Positions 42,499 through 58,355 are shown, counted from the first letter of the stretch. The stretch: DNA of 64,000 nt from Flaccisagitta enflata (GCA_965153355.1 OZ231126.1:20026001-20090000), one strand, 5' to 3'. Numbers and translations are program-made. Notes: generated by a model from the sequence alone, not told the origin.

Positions 42499-43792
42499 TA
42501 ATTGTATTCTGCGTTTACGAATTACTGATTAAATGAGCAAACCAATGCTTGACTGTTTCTACGAATGAATGAATGAATGAATGAATGAATGAATGAATGA
42601 ATGAATGAATGAATGAATGAATGAATGAATGAGTGAAAGAGTGAATGAATGAATGAATGAATGAATGAATGAATGAATGAGTGAATGAATGAATGAATGA
42701 ATGAATTAGTGAATAAACAAATGAATGAATGAATGAATAATTGAATGAATGAATGAATTACCGAATTTACAAATTACCGAATTACGGATTGAATGAAACC
42801 TGAAGATGCTATCATGAAGAAACACGCTTTAAGCTCGACCTATCATTTTTACATTGAATGAATTGGTGAATGAATGAAAGAATGAAAGAATGAGTGAATA
42901 AAAGAATGAATGAATGAAAGAATGAATGAATTAATGAGTTGATTTTCAGTTCCATTTGCAATACCTCATATGGTCTTGTCCGATATACCGATATGGTCTT
43001 CATGATTATGGACATTTATGTCACCGCGAAAGATATGATGACAAAATGGTTTCATGGATTAATCAATAAATCAGCAATATCGATGAATAAATGAATAAAA
43101 TAATTGCAATAACTATAAAAAATATGCGAATATTATCAGAATACTATATCATCCTTACAGTGAATTTAAAAAAATCGAACTACTTTAAAAATTTAAGAAT
43201 TTCTTAGAAATTCCCCAAAAATTTTTTTTCAAAAACTTTGGTTAATTTCTAGTCGCGGACAGGTGACTCTATAAGCTTTTTTTTTGGTCTGTCGGTCTGT
43301 CGGTCCATCCATATGTCTGTCTGTCTCTCACAAAGTCCTTTTTCAAGGTTTTTTGCTCCTGCCTACCCTATGTATACGGCCTTGTTTTTATAATTGATCA
43401 ATATGCATTACCCAATGATAGGGAAAAACTCAATGACCACAAATCAATGATCCATTTTTTGACCTTTGTCAATGGAATCTGAATGGCGAATCTTGCTCTG
43501 TGTCATAAGGGACCCAGTACCGTTTTCCATGAAAATACTTGGCGATTAGTTTCCTTTGTGGTTTCCAAAGTTTAGTTTCTTCTTGTTCTTGGCATATTAA
43601 GTAAGAACCAGATTGCTAGTAAGATTAGTATAGGATGGTGCCATTGGTTGCGTAAATTACGCACTCTTGCCAACTGTGTGTTTCTGAAAATGATAGCTTT
43701 TGTTTTTTTGTTGTTTTTTTTTGTTTTTTTTTTTTTTTCAAAAATCGAGCTGAAATCTGACTTCATCTGCTCCCCCTCCCCCCTCCATCCAG

Positions 43793-44097
43793 CCTTTGGT
43801 ACGGCGATATTCCCAACTTCCCCGTAACGACGATCGAAGGTCACGTGGGTCGACTCATCTTCGGCAAAATGCACGGCAGGCCGATGATCTGCTTGCAAGG
43901 CCGCTTCCATTCTTACGAGGGTCATTCGTTGATGAAATGCGCGTTTCCGGTCCGCGTTTTGCGCTGCTTGGGCATCCAATGCTTGGTAGTCACCGGAGAA
44001 TCCGGTTCTCTCAACACCGGTTACAAAGCCGGCGATATCATGGTCATCAAGGATCACGTCAATTTGCCCGGGTTTTCCGGAAATAACCCGCTCAAAG
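43793..44097 (+). CDS. PNP: Purine nucleoside phosphorylase-like, exon 3 of 6
   Basis: ccatccag|C...; LWYGDIPNFPVTTIEGHVGRLIFGKMHGRPMICLQGRFHSYEGH...DHVNLPGFSGNNPLK. Contains the PNP motifs IPNFP, GHxG and GRFHxYEG. Phase 2 in, phase 1 out (aag|gtgatt). Confidence 0.97.
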
Positions 44098-44109
44098 GTG
44101 ATTGGTGGG

Positions 44110-44110
44110 T

Positions 44111-44199
<89 letters not shown>

Positions 44200-44216
44200 G
44201 ATTTTGTTGTTGTTTC

Positions 44217-44303
<87 letters not shown>

Positions 44304-44338
44304 CGTCGTCGTCTTCGTCGTCATCGTCGTCATCGTCG

Positions 44339-44393
<55 letters not shown>

Positions 44394-44416
44394 CGTTGTC
44401 GTTGTCGTCGTTGTCG

Positions 44417-44475
<59 letters not shown>

Positions 44476-44522
44476 GATGTCTTCGTCGTCGTGTTGTTGT
44501 TAATGTTGCTGTTGTTGTTGTT
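44110..44522. repeat. (GTT)n/(GTC)n microsatellite in PNP intron 3
   Basis: Trinucleotide run starting about 12 nt after the donor. Confidence 0.97.
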
Positions 44523-44554
44523 ATTTTTTTGAGGTCCGTGAGAGCCAATTCATA

Positions 44555-45754
44555 TGTCGCACTGAAAATTAGCATAGAATTTGCTACCCATGCCCAATGA
44601 ATCATGATTTTTATAAAATGAAATTAGCTGAAATTTTTTTCTTGGGTGTCAAAATGTTAATCGATACATTTTGCATGAATAATCTTTCACATGCCAGTTT
44701 TAACCTCTAAACTTCTCATTTTATGGTTGAAAAATAGGCAAAAAATATGGAAAATTCAATTTGTTATTGTACCATGACCTACACAGAATTACAAATTTGC
44801 ATAAAAAATCAAAACATCAACAAAATAAGAACATAGTGCGATCCCTAAATCATGTACTGAGCGCGCTAACACATGTTTAACAATTATCGTCACAACTTTC
44901 AACAAGCCAATACCATAGAAGATATTGAGCCAGTGACTTGAAATTTTTACACAAACTAGCTAGTATGTACAAGTTTAATGTAAAAGACGCGTGGAGCCAT
45001 CCAAGTTCATCTTTCCGGAAATGGAGTGGATCAAAAATGAGATGTGTCATCACATAATCATGAATTTTTACCAGAAAAACTCGGGTAAAGGCAAACCATA
45101 TTTTTGTACAATTGAATGCCGGTAGCAAGCAAGTTTTCTTGCTTGATTGCTTGAGTTGAGAGTGGACAGTCCTTTTCTGCAGCAGAAAGGCTACGGAATG
45201 CCGAAAAAAATGTCAAAACCTCAAGAAAAAAGTGTTGTCAAGATGATAAAAAACAGAAATTTCACAGTCACTAAGTTGTTATTAGTGTATTCATTTTAAT
45301 CGTATTTGTTGTTAATGTACTTATTCCAAGTTTTTTTTCTTGAAAATAAGTTAAAATTATGTATTCACCCTTATACAAGTCAATGAAATAAGATTTACAC
45401 TGAAAAAAGTGTGTTTATTTGCGGACACTTAGCAGTTGGGACGATAATTGTTAAACAGGTGTTATGTTCTTATTTTGTTGATATTTTGATTTTCTATGCA
45501 AATTTGTAATTCTGTCTAAGCATAAAAGAGATGATTGTAAATAATTTCTTCACTTGTTTGGCACTTTATCATCGAATTTCTCTCAATCATTTTGCATTCA
45601 TCTCATTTGACGATTACAGTATGGAGATCCTTCATAACTTAACATTTCAAGGTTGGAAAAAAATAATAGAGATATTGACTGAAGCAAAATCAATGATGAA
45701 AATGGTAACTACGTCCTCTGGGTAAGTTCTTCCGTGTTAATTTTCAGTGCGTCA
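44555..45754. mobile_element. TA-flanked non-autonomous TIR element in PNP intron 3
   Basis: ta|TGTCGCACTGAAAATTAGCA ... TGTTAATTTTCAGTGCGTCA|ta. Confidence 0.7.
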
Positions 45755-45792
45755 TATCCACTTTTCTATTTGTTATCTCTTGAATCTGACAG

Positions 45793-45898
45793 GCCACAAC
45801 GACGAGAGATTCGGGGCCCGCTTTCCTCCCATGAACAAAAGCTATGACAAGAGACTACGCGAACTGGTCTTGGATATTGCTGAAGATCTGGACATGAG
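45793..45898 (+). CDS. PNP: Purine nucleoside phosphorylase-like, exon 4 of 6
   Basis: gacag|GC CAC AAC...; GHNDERFGARFPPMNKSYDKRLRELVLDIAEDLDM (human GPNDERFGDRFPAMSDAYD). Confidence 0.95.
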
Positions 45899-46016
45899 GT
45901 TTTGATAAAGAATGTCTTTGTCTATCTGTCAGTCTGTCTTTATCTAAAGTTCTCAAACTTTGGCAACGGCCTTCCTCTCTGTCTGTCCCTGTTTATCTTT
46001 CTGTCTCTAACTTACT

Positions 46017-46114
<98 letters not shown>

Positions 46115-46115
46115 G

Positions 46116-46293
46116 ATTCGTTCAAGAGGGCGTATTTGCTATGATCGGCGGTCCTTGCTTCGAGACTCCCTCCGAAGCTCGTCTCTTGAAGCAATTGGGC
46201 GCTGACGCAGTTGGAATGAGTATCGCACCTGAGGTCATCATCGCCGTCCATTGTGGAATGAGGGTGTTGGGCCTGGCATTCGTCTCTAACAGG
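46116..46293 (+). CDS. PNP: Purine nucleoside phosphorylase-like, exon 5 of 6
   Basis: FVQEGVFAMIGGPCFETPSEARLLKQLGADAVGMSIAPEVIIAVHCGMRVLGLAFVSNR|gtaagt; GPxFETxxE and GADAVGMS motifs. Confidence 0.97.
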
Positions 46294-46545
46294 GTAAGTC
46301 ATCATCGCTGTCCATTGTGGCATGAGAGTATTGGGCCTGGCATTAGTCTTTAACAGGTTAGTCCATCATCGCCGTCCTTTGTTGCATGAGGGTGTTGGGT
46401 CTGGCTATCATTTCAAACAGGGTAAGCATTCCACTATGGCTTGAATCGATACTATTGGATAGGGGTCGCTTTCGGCATTAACAGGGTAGGTCATCATCAT
46501 GTCAGACTTGCTATCTTTTGGAATGGGGAAGGTCATCATGGATCA
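46234..46545 (+). repeat. ~64-bp tandem repeat of the PNP exon 5 3' end plus donor (4-5 decaying copies)
   Basis: gtc(c)atcatcgc recurs at 46234, 46298 and 46361; aacag(g)gt donor-like sites at 46294, 46357, 46422 and 46486. Confidence 0.9.
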
Positions 46546-46892
46546 CTGTGGCGTGAGGAGAAGGAAGTTTGCCACCTGCCCCTCCGTCTGTCCGTTCGTC
46601 GCGTCTATCCATCCAAACATGAGACCGTGAAGTCATGAATGATGAAGTCATGACTTGCATGTCTGGCCATTGCAGCCCAATACTGGCCTTCAATTGGCTG
46701 AACTGAATTGGCTGTGTTTAAAGCCCCCCTACCCCCTCCCCCCCCCCCAAGAAAAAAAAAATCAAACCAACAATTCCAGCAGAGGCGCCATTTCAACTGA
46801 TGGTGAGTAAAAAAGATAATTTTCCATTTTGTTTTTTTAAATGCAACATTAACAATCTATCCTCTGAATCTAATTATCAACGTCATCTTCAG

Positions 46893-47102
46893 GTTGTGTT
46901 GGACAACGACGTGGAAACTGAAGTCTCGGAGGAACACATCCGGAAAATGACGATGAAACGCGCGGAACAAATGGAAATCCTCTTTAACGAGTTCATCAAG
47001 AAAGTCCCCAAAGAACTGCTGAGGCAAGTCGAGAAGAGGAAGAAGCTCCACGCCCTCAACAGCGGAGACAGCGAATCCTCGGATGACGAACAGAGATGCT
47101 GA
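46893..47102 (+). CDS. PNP: Purine nucleoside phosphorylase-like, exon 6 of 6 (stop)
   Basis: catcttcag|GTT; VVLDNDVETEVSEEHIRKMTMKRAEQMEILFNEFIKK...EQRC*. The six exons sum to 963 nt (320 aa) with no internal stop. AATAAA at 47346. Confidence 0.92.
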   Translation, partial: VVLDNDVETEVSEEHIRKMTMKRAEQMEILFNEFIKKVPKELLRQVEKRKKLHALNSGDSESSDDEQRC

Positions 47103-47719
47103 AAGATGTTCCGATTCGCTGGCAGACAGAAGGACAAACTGATCGACTGATCCACTGATAGGATCTATTCATAACTTTTTTTGGGGCGAATGAAACCAAT
47201 TGCTTGATGTTCACTACGAAAATGGCAGAAACTGTTGACAGAATGTAATTAAATCTAACTTTGATCTGACAACTTGACTTAACTTGACCCCAATACGTAA
47301 CTATTTCAAACTGGCCTTTAAAATCATACAGACTGCCATTTTTTCAATAAATTGAAGTCGGGGAATAATTTCGTGTCTTAGTTACATGACTTGCGAAAGA
47401 CTAAGTCGGCGGGAAATGTGATTTAATGGAGCAACCAATTTTCACCACATCGATTGTCTTTTCGAAAGAAAAACAGTGACAGTAAATATATTTCTTTCAA
47501 GTTATGACTATTGACCTTTGAGCGCGAAGTAAAGAAGGCTAACTAAGCTAGTGTTTTCTTTCTCTTTGTCTGCCTATTGGAAAGGAAGAAAGAATTAAAG
47601 ATATAAAGGTTTTCTTTTCCTTTACTCCTGTCTCTCTTTCGCTTTTTTCTTTCGTTCTTTCTTACTCTCTTTCTTTTTTCCTTTCCATTTTTTTCTTACA
47701 ATTTCTTTCTTTCTTTTTC

Positions 47720-47787
<68 letters not shown>

Positions 47788-48294
47788 TATTTCTTTATTT
47801 CCTTCTTTCTTTCTTTTTTCTCTTTGTAATAGTTAGGGACAAAAGATCAACTGATTTTATTCTAGATTTGCCAAAGATGGTTAGGAAGCTGGATAAAAGA
47901 AACAAAAGCACAACCGTCTGTATTCCCAATCGATTCAATGACTGTAAAAATCATCTGTTTTTAAAAAAAGCCTTTTAGTTTTGCATACTGTGTAATGACT
48001 CACACTGTGATTTTGGGCTCGCTTAGTCATATGTGTAAAAGGGCTGCTGCCCAACCCACAGATGGGGGTGTGACAAACATGGGCTGAACTTAACTGCTTT
48101 TCCTGTGATCAGGTCAAACGTGATCTTCCCAAATGATTCTGAGTCATTATTTTTGGCTCTTCACTGATTTTCTATGGTGATATGAAAAAAAAACACCATT
48201 TTTTGGATCGAATGAAAATCAACCTAAATACCAACTCCAGTTTTCCTGACCCTACTGTTGGTCACCATTCTAAGTAAAACTATTGTGATATATA

Positions 48295-48452
48295 ATGTCT
48301 TCATGGACATGGGGCGACCTCAGATGGCTGCTTTTATTCTGGCTGTCACAACTTTGTGACGTTTTACAAGTCACATCTTTTGACACCATCGATGTCACCA
48401 AAACTATCTCCGGCGTCCCTTGCAGAAATGGAGAAAAATGCAGCAATGAAGA

Positions 48453-48521
<69 letters not shown>

Positions 48522-51500
48522 TCAGTGGACAAAACAAAATAGGTAGAGAGCTCACTCTGTTGGCTTTGATCCAACCTACTGTTTTTAAACAGCAGGCTGT
48601 AAATAACAACTGGTTGTGAAAATTACAGCCGGCTGTCATCTTACAAAGTCGGCAAAAATCCAACCTTAATAGAATAAAACGTGACTAGCATATTCATAAT
48701 CCTGATGAAATTCTGAGAAGTTTGACGTATCAGACTTAATATTTTTTATATGAAATAATCTTTTAACATTGTATTATCACTTTTTTAAACATTGATAAAT
48801 TTTTTTTATTTTCATATAAAAGTATATGTTGTGATGTATCAAACTTGTCAGAATTTCACCAGGATTATGAATTTACAGATCTCATTATATTTGGTGAAAG
48901 TTGGATTTTTGCCGACTTTGTAGCATGACAGCCGGCTGTAATTTTTACAACCAGTGTGTTGATAACAGAAGGTTGGATCAAAGCCAACAGAGTGAGCTCT
49001 CTACCTATTTTGTTTTGTCCACTGACTGGAGAGAGAGACAGACAGACAGACAGAGAGACAGACAGACAGACAGGTAGACAGACACACATACATATAGTAC
49101 AAATGTGACAAATGTGAGCATGCTCATTGCTGACTTCAATTTATTTCAATTCTGATTAGTTATTCGGAATATTACTGTTACACATCAGCCAAAAGATGGG
49201 ACAAATGCTGTTCAACAGAGGATAGTTGTCAAGTCAACCCAATCGATCCAAAACGGGCCACTCTTTGCGCGACATCGACGTCAGAAGAAAGTTAGTCCTG
49301 GCTTACCATACTGAGTACTACTTATGTTTTAGTGCTGTGCAAATCCAACATTAAGAAGCACAATTCTTATCAGTTAACATCTATATCGATATTTCGGGGG
49401 CTTTTTTGGTTTTCGTTTTTGTTAATAGAAGCCCCTGCCCTATCGTGATGGGCAGCGCTACATTGACCGACGAATCCATGATCCATAATCCGTGATCATT
49501 ATAAAGAATTCATTGGAAAAAAAATGATAGATCGTTCTTGGAAAATGTTAACGAAGAAAACAATCCGTGCTACATAGCGTCAATTGTCAAATGACGCAAA
49601 TCCATAGTTGAAATGAAAAGCGTGTAGTTATAAATCTAAGAAAAGAATGAGTGTCATTCCTTTTATTTCATTTCTGCGTGCGTGATGGGGAAACAGAACT
49701 GCAGCCTGAATTTACTTTTACCAGGTATAACAAGATGTCGAAAAACTCCACTTTCCGTGACGATGTCTGGCATATACTGCGCTAAAGATTCTTATTGTGG
49801 ATCCGACAAAACTGGGTATGTGGATCTCTAGTGTTCTGAATAGGAGTGGATGAAAGTCGTTATGCCGTGGATGTAATTTTAATGATATATTTAAAATGAA
49901 TCATCACAAATGATAGAAAACGGGTTTAACAACATTGTCGCGGACAGGTGGGCATAGGTGAGCACTCTCCCCCCTCCTTCCCACACGTACACTCATACTC
50001 AAACAAAATCAGAACTGCAGCGTGTAAAATGCGCGATTTCACACTTTTTTACTCGCGCGTTACTGACGGACGGACGGACGGACGGACGGACGGACCGACT
50101 TAAATCCGGGGTAATCCTCTTCCAATTCAGGCGGTATCAGTGGTGTTGGGTAGATGAAGATCACAAAGAGTGGGATTACTGTTGCTTTCCTGGATCTTCA
50201 TGCCTTTTAAATGAAGGAGAAAATGGATATTTCAATCATTCTTGCCGCTCTTGCAAAGTCAACATTGAAAGTAAGAGTGATCAGGGACGGGAAGTTACTC
50301 GTCGTGGAAGTAAATGGCTGTGTTTGTAAATTATAACCATCAACAAGTAACTACACCGTCTTCAGATCGGACTGTAAAATGCAAAACCTTTATAGCTCCC
50401 AAACAATTTAGAAAAAAATCATGAAATTTTCAGTGAATATTGGTAACATGTGACGGTTTTTGCTTGTCAAAGCTCAGATCATAGTATAAAAAAGGTAAGG
50501 GAGAAAAAAATATTGAAAGAAAACCCATTTTTTAATCAAGATCAACTTTTCCCCATTTCCGTAGGTAGGAGTTGTCTTTGTCTGCTTGAACAGTCTATGG
50601 ACAAAACGAGGAGAGTAGATTTTGCTGATCACCGGTATAATGCTTATGCGTAGTTTATTTCAAAGTGTAGGCTTGTAATTACCTTGTAGAAAATTACTGA
50701 GGACTGAAAGAAACTAATGAGAGAACAATTACTACAGGGAGGCCATGTAAAATCATAAAAAGAACTTCTTTTTAATTGAAAGCAAAAGTTGGCATGCAGT
50801 CACCCCTGGGACTTGGGACCTCCATCTGGGCTAAGATTGACCCCCTTTGGCCAACCCTGCGACATGATGGCAATATTTGCTTTCAATCATAAAAAAACTT
50901 CTTTCATGATTTTACATGGCCTCCCTGTAGTAATCGTTCTTTAGTTAGTTTCTTTCAGTCTTCAGTAATTTTCTATGAGGTAATTACAAACCTACATTTT
51001 AGAACAAACTACGCCTAAGCATGATAACGGTGATCAGCAAAATCTACTCTCCTCGTTTTGTCCATAGACTGTGAAATTACTTTGCATTTCAACAAAAACT
51101 TAAGGATTTATTTTTGGTGACAGATTCTAACTTATGTATTAACTATTTGCTGCATAATCAAAGAAAAAAACAGCACCTTCTTAAAAAACCATGTAAAAAA
51201 AAACAATTTTTCTTAAGAAATAGATGTTCTTTCAATATTTTGTTTTCCCCTCACCTTTTCCATACTATGATCTGAGCTTTGACATGCAAAAACCATCACA
51301 TATTACCAATATTCACTGAAAATTTCAAGATTTTTTTCCAAGCGGTTTAGGAGCTATAAAGGTTTCGCATTTTACAGTCCGATCCGAAGACGGTGTATAC
51401 CACTGTTTCCTTTCATCGCTCCTTATAATTGCAATCTTTCCTTCTCGCTCCAGGTTGTGGTTCAAGAGGTTGCACTAAAAGCGTTTGCGAAGAGCGCGAT

Positions 51501-52268
51501 TACCTCTGCAGCACCGAACCTCGCACGAGAACTATTCACAATTACGAATGCTTAAATCCCTGTAGATCGGATGGCGGCAATGAAAGAGGCTATGCTTGGT
51601 GTTGGGTGAAACCAAATCAAGCAGCTTGGGATTACTGTTGCTATACGGGTGAGATTTATGAGACATTTGATTTGTCCGTACCCTCTAGCCTCTGATGAAA
51701 AGCCGTCAGTATACCGATCTGTAAAAAATAATACATGAAACCCTACAACAGATCTTTTATTCGTGCTGTTGAAATATACAGGTGGTAACTGCGGTGTGGT
51801 GAAGCATGATGACAGAAAAAGTGGGAAAAAGATTTGTTACACAAAAGCAGAACAAAAATGGCCGATGGAATGCGTAGAAGAAATGGAAGCCACATCTCTA
51901 CCAGATAACTACAAATCACCACCTGCTCCCTGGGAACTGGGACAAGTACTTGGTAAATACCTTAGCCTGTGGCTTGCTAGTATTTCAAGTTAATCCATCA
52001 GTTGGTCTTCATTGGCCGTGATAGAACCTCAGCCTTTGCTATCGGATGAATTGCTGGGCTTGACGAAAAAATGTGAATGTTCTTTGATACTGAATAACAA
52101 AAGCTTGCTATTGGAGGGTGAAAAATTGTAAATTGACTGTATAATTGAGTCAAGTGACCCTTGTTCCTTCATTTTGATCTTTCAGGTCTCAGCCTTGGCC
52201 TCGGGATCCCAGCCAGTGTGCTAGTTGGGTTAGGTTGTGTTGCTTGCTGCAGAAAATGCTGCAAATGA
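48295..52268 (+). CDS. Cys/Trp-rich single-pass membrane protein, paralog A (322 aa, 7 exons)
   Basis: Exons 48295-48452, 49160-49290, 49725-49815, 50131-50270, 51454-51648, 51782-51952 and 52186-52268; all GT-AG and phase-compatible. Hydrophobic N-terminus, three TxxG/N..C..C..YxW/YC..WDY/KCC modules, TM segment VLGLSLGLGIPASVLVGLG and tail CVACCRKCCK. AATAAA overlaps the stop. Confidence 0.9.
48519..49028. mobile_element. TIR element with 4-bp TSD inserted in a (GA)n run of paralog A intron 1
   Basis: gaga|CAGTCAGTGGACAAAACAAAATAGGTAGAGAGCTC ... GAGCTCTCTACCTATTTTGTTTTGTCCACTGACTG|gaga. Confidence 0.88.
50354..51395. mobile_element. TA-flanked MITE in paralog A intron 4, containing a nested element at 50591-51071
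   Basis: Outer: ta|CACCGTCTTCAGATCGGACTGTAAAATGC ... GCATTTTACAGTCCGATCCGAAGACGGTG|ta. Inner: tgaa|CAGTCTATGGACAAAAC ... GTTTTGTCCATAGACTG|tgaa. Confidence 0.88.
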
Positions 52269-52471
52269 ATAAAGTTGTCCCTTCCACTGAATGGATCTGA
52301 GATCTGAAATGCTTATTTAGTAGCTATCATTTGTCTTCAATAAACTTCTACCGGTCTTCCTGAAGACTATAATGTGCCAACGCTCAACTTAACTTTCTAC
52401 AAATGAACCGTGATATGTAGTACAGGAGTGGCACAAGTGAAGTGGTTTATCTCATTCATTTGGATGTCAAC

Positions 52472-52522
<51 letters not shown>

Positions 52523-52694
52523 ATCACGAATTACAGATGTTGTAAGCGATTGTAAATGCTAAATGGCAATGGTAAAACAAGGTTTTTTTAGTTATTGTAG
52601 GGTAGACTTGAAATCAATCATCATGAACTCGGATGTCTTCTTGACTTGCTTATTATCGCCATCTATAATCAAAAAGACGAATTTGCATAGAATC

Positions 52695-55362
<2,668 letters not shown>

Positions 55363-56999
55363 TGATGAGAGAACCAAAGCAATACTGTACTCAAAGGCAA
55401 AGGCCGGATGCCAAAGGCCAGATGCCCAAACCTCGAATCTCAACTCTCAAGATTAACGTCGGACGAAACAATGTCCACAGATCTTAACTGCTTTAGCGTC
55501 TTCCATACATATATTTAACCTGTCTTCCATGTCCAGTTATCACTTTGAATGCGCAGAACTAGACTGTAGTTGGGTGTTTGGGGTCCTACAACCATGATTT
55601 TATGATTGAATATTTGATTTTTGAAAAGATGGATGGGTTCCTTGAATGACTGAATGAATGATTGGTTTAAAGAGTGCATGATCTAATGGACACCGTCAAA
55701 CTATCTACAAGGAATTATTTAATTATCATCTAGTTTGAAAGCTTTTGAACATAGTTTCCGATTCGTCAAATAATCGTGACTCACCGTGGGAAATGAGAAA
55801 ACCTTTTGTATCTGCGTTGATAAATTAGTCAGCCATTTTTACACGAATTTAATCTTTTGCGATGAAAGCTTTTAATTGATGCTCTTTTAAGCGACTCGTC
55901 TTTTTATCGATATTATAGTAACCAATCTAATGAATGCATTCTGTACTGTTCAAGCATTTTCGTTAATGAAGCGAAAACAGCTAGTGAGATCAGATATTAT
56001 AGTAACCAATCTAATGATTCAAGTCGATTTAGAGCTGATAGTCCTGACCTTCCGGTGCAGGAGGGAGGCAACAGCAGCAGACGCCCGTCAAATCTTGCTC
56101 CAAGTAAACGTGCCCCCATTCACAATATGACGGATTTCAGGGGACCAACAAATCTTATCTGTTATAAGGGGAATTCTATTGTAGCCAATAAAGTTAATAA
56201 AAGAAAATGGGTTGAAGGGACCAAGAATTGGTATCTGTTAAAAGCGGGCCGGGTCCGTTGGAGCAAGGTTCAAATGTAGTTAGTTTGGACTTTATCACTA
56301 CGCGGGAGGATAGACAGTCAGGCCGTCGGCAAAGTGTGGGAAGACGCACCACATGGCGCCCCGCGGTTGTATCACTCCAAATAAAGTGGAAATCCTATTC
56401 AACGGCCTTCAAGGGACTGGGGAGTTTTGGCTGTTTAGTCTAAATGTTATTAAATCGAATTGCTAATTTTTGTCTTTTTTTTTTACAGATAACTTTTTTG
56501 ATGTGTAGTTTGTGTACCACTTCAAAATATTTTTTTTCTATTCATGGTACATCTAAGTATACCTCTGCTTTTTTATTCCATTTTGAAAATATCAACCTAA
56601 AATGTTGGATAAATAACAGATTGACATTAGGATTAACAAGGCCAGATACACGGCTACCCAAGTCGCGCACAAATGGGTAGGGGCGGTGAAAAAGGGCTAA
56701 TCAAGCTTTTTGGCAGGAGCAGTTATGCAAAAACCGCCTATAAAAGTCAAAAAAGCTAAGCATTACCGACGGACTGACAGACGGACATAGCTTGCACGCG
56801 ACTAAAAAAAGATGCATAATTGAACATCAATGTATATAAACCTCATGTTAATGATTGAGACCCAACAGGACTGGTTTGAGATCTGTAAAGTTCGAATAAA
56901 AATCCTTAATGAATGAATACCATGAGTTTTAATGGCTTGTGTGAAGTTAATGTATTAACATTAACTCTCTGTCTCTCTCTGTCTCTCTCTGTCTCTCTG

Positions 57000-57044
<45 letters not shown>

Positions 57045-58355
57045 TTATCGGGTGGGGGTAGGGGCAGTGAGCTCAAAGGGCCGATATCCTGTAGAGCACT
57101 GAATTTGCTAGACTTCCAAATGCCCACCCATCCATCCATCCATCGGCATGTCCATCTCCCCATTGGCCATTGGAACCCTCAAATCAGTGCTCTCGGGCCT
57201 GATATTTGCCATCCCAGCTCTTAAATCATCTGCGACAGTATCCAAATCTCAAATTATCTTCCAGGCCCATCAGGCTTCGAACACATTGGTTCTTTGAGGC
57301 CGCTGCCCTGCTTTCACTCCACTCTTAGCGGAGCAACGGGTACCTTTGCACTAACCGTGTACAGTCCTTTGATGGCCGGACATTTTTTTTCATCCTCCGC
57401 TGCTCTGCGTCGTCTCAGTGACGCGTAAGCGCCGCCATCACGGAGAGCAAGCCCAACAGGGCAACAGCCGCGTGCTCTCTGTTACCCCTACACACATGAT
57501 TACATAATTACATAATTACATTATTACTTTCTCAACATAATTACAGAATCACTTTTTTGCATGATCATATAATTACGTTTTTACATGATTACATTTTCAT
57601 ATGATCACATTATTACAATCTAGAATGACCTTAAAATAAACAAGCCCAATTTTTACAACAATGCGTTCTGACTGTGTCTGTGCGTGTATTGAATTTGGTA
57701 CTAAACATATGACATGTGACATGAGACAGATGGATGAACAGACAGAGAAGCAAAAGAGGCAAAAGGGCCAAGAGTTTTTCACATTTTTAAACTTAATCAT
57801 GACAGATAGACAGACCCACGGTTATATGGACAAAGACTCTTATAGAGTCGTGAGTGCTCGACTGTAGGGAGAGAGCGAGTGAGACCGAGCGCCGCTACTA
57901 CAGCAACACTACCACTGTGACGCTGCCAATGTTGTCACTATAATCTCATTAAAAACAACAAAAAAGCAAAACACCTTCGGTCGCGTTTTTAGATGCGTCC
58001 CCGCGTCTCTATAAGAGAGTCTGTCCATCTGTTGGTCCATCCGTTGGCCCAACCGTCCATCACACTTAGGTAAAAAAAAACAAACATTTTTGGCACTTTC
58101 TGGCCGCCGCGGTGTCGTACACCATCTGAAACGTTCTTTGAGTTTTAGTGGCTCATTTGATGGCCCTTTTCAAAATCTGTCTATCCATCTGTACCTGCAT
58201 AAGTAGCACATGTTCAGTGCGAAATTCGGTCAGAATGCCTGGTTGCCTGATTGACCTTGCTGGTCTTTCAACTGTGACACGCACAAATTTACAACAAGTC
58301 ATCCAAGGATTGCACATGGTCAGCGGTACCCGATGCCCTGCTTGGAGTGATAGTT

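Noticed and set aside
43572-44605. 253-aa minus-strand ORF and poly-V/L/Q ORFs
   Set aside because: Antisense shadow of PNP exon 3 plus the (GTT)n microsatellite.
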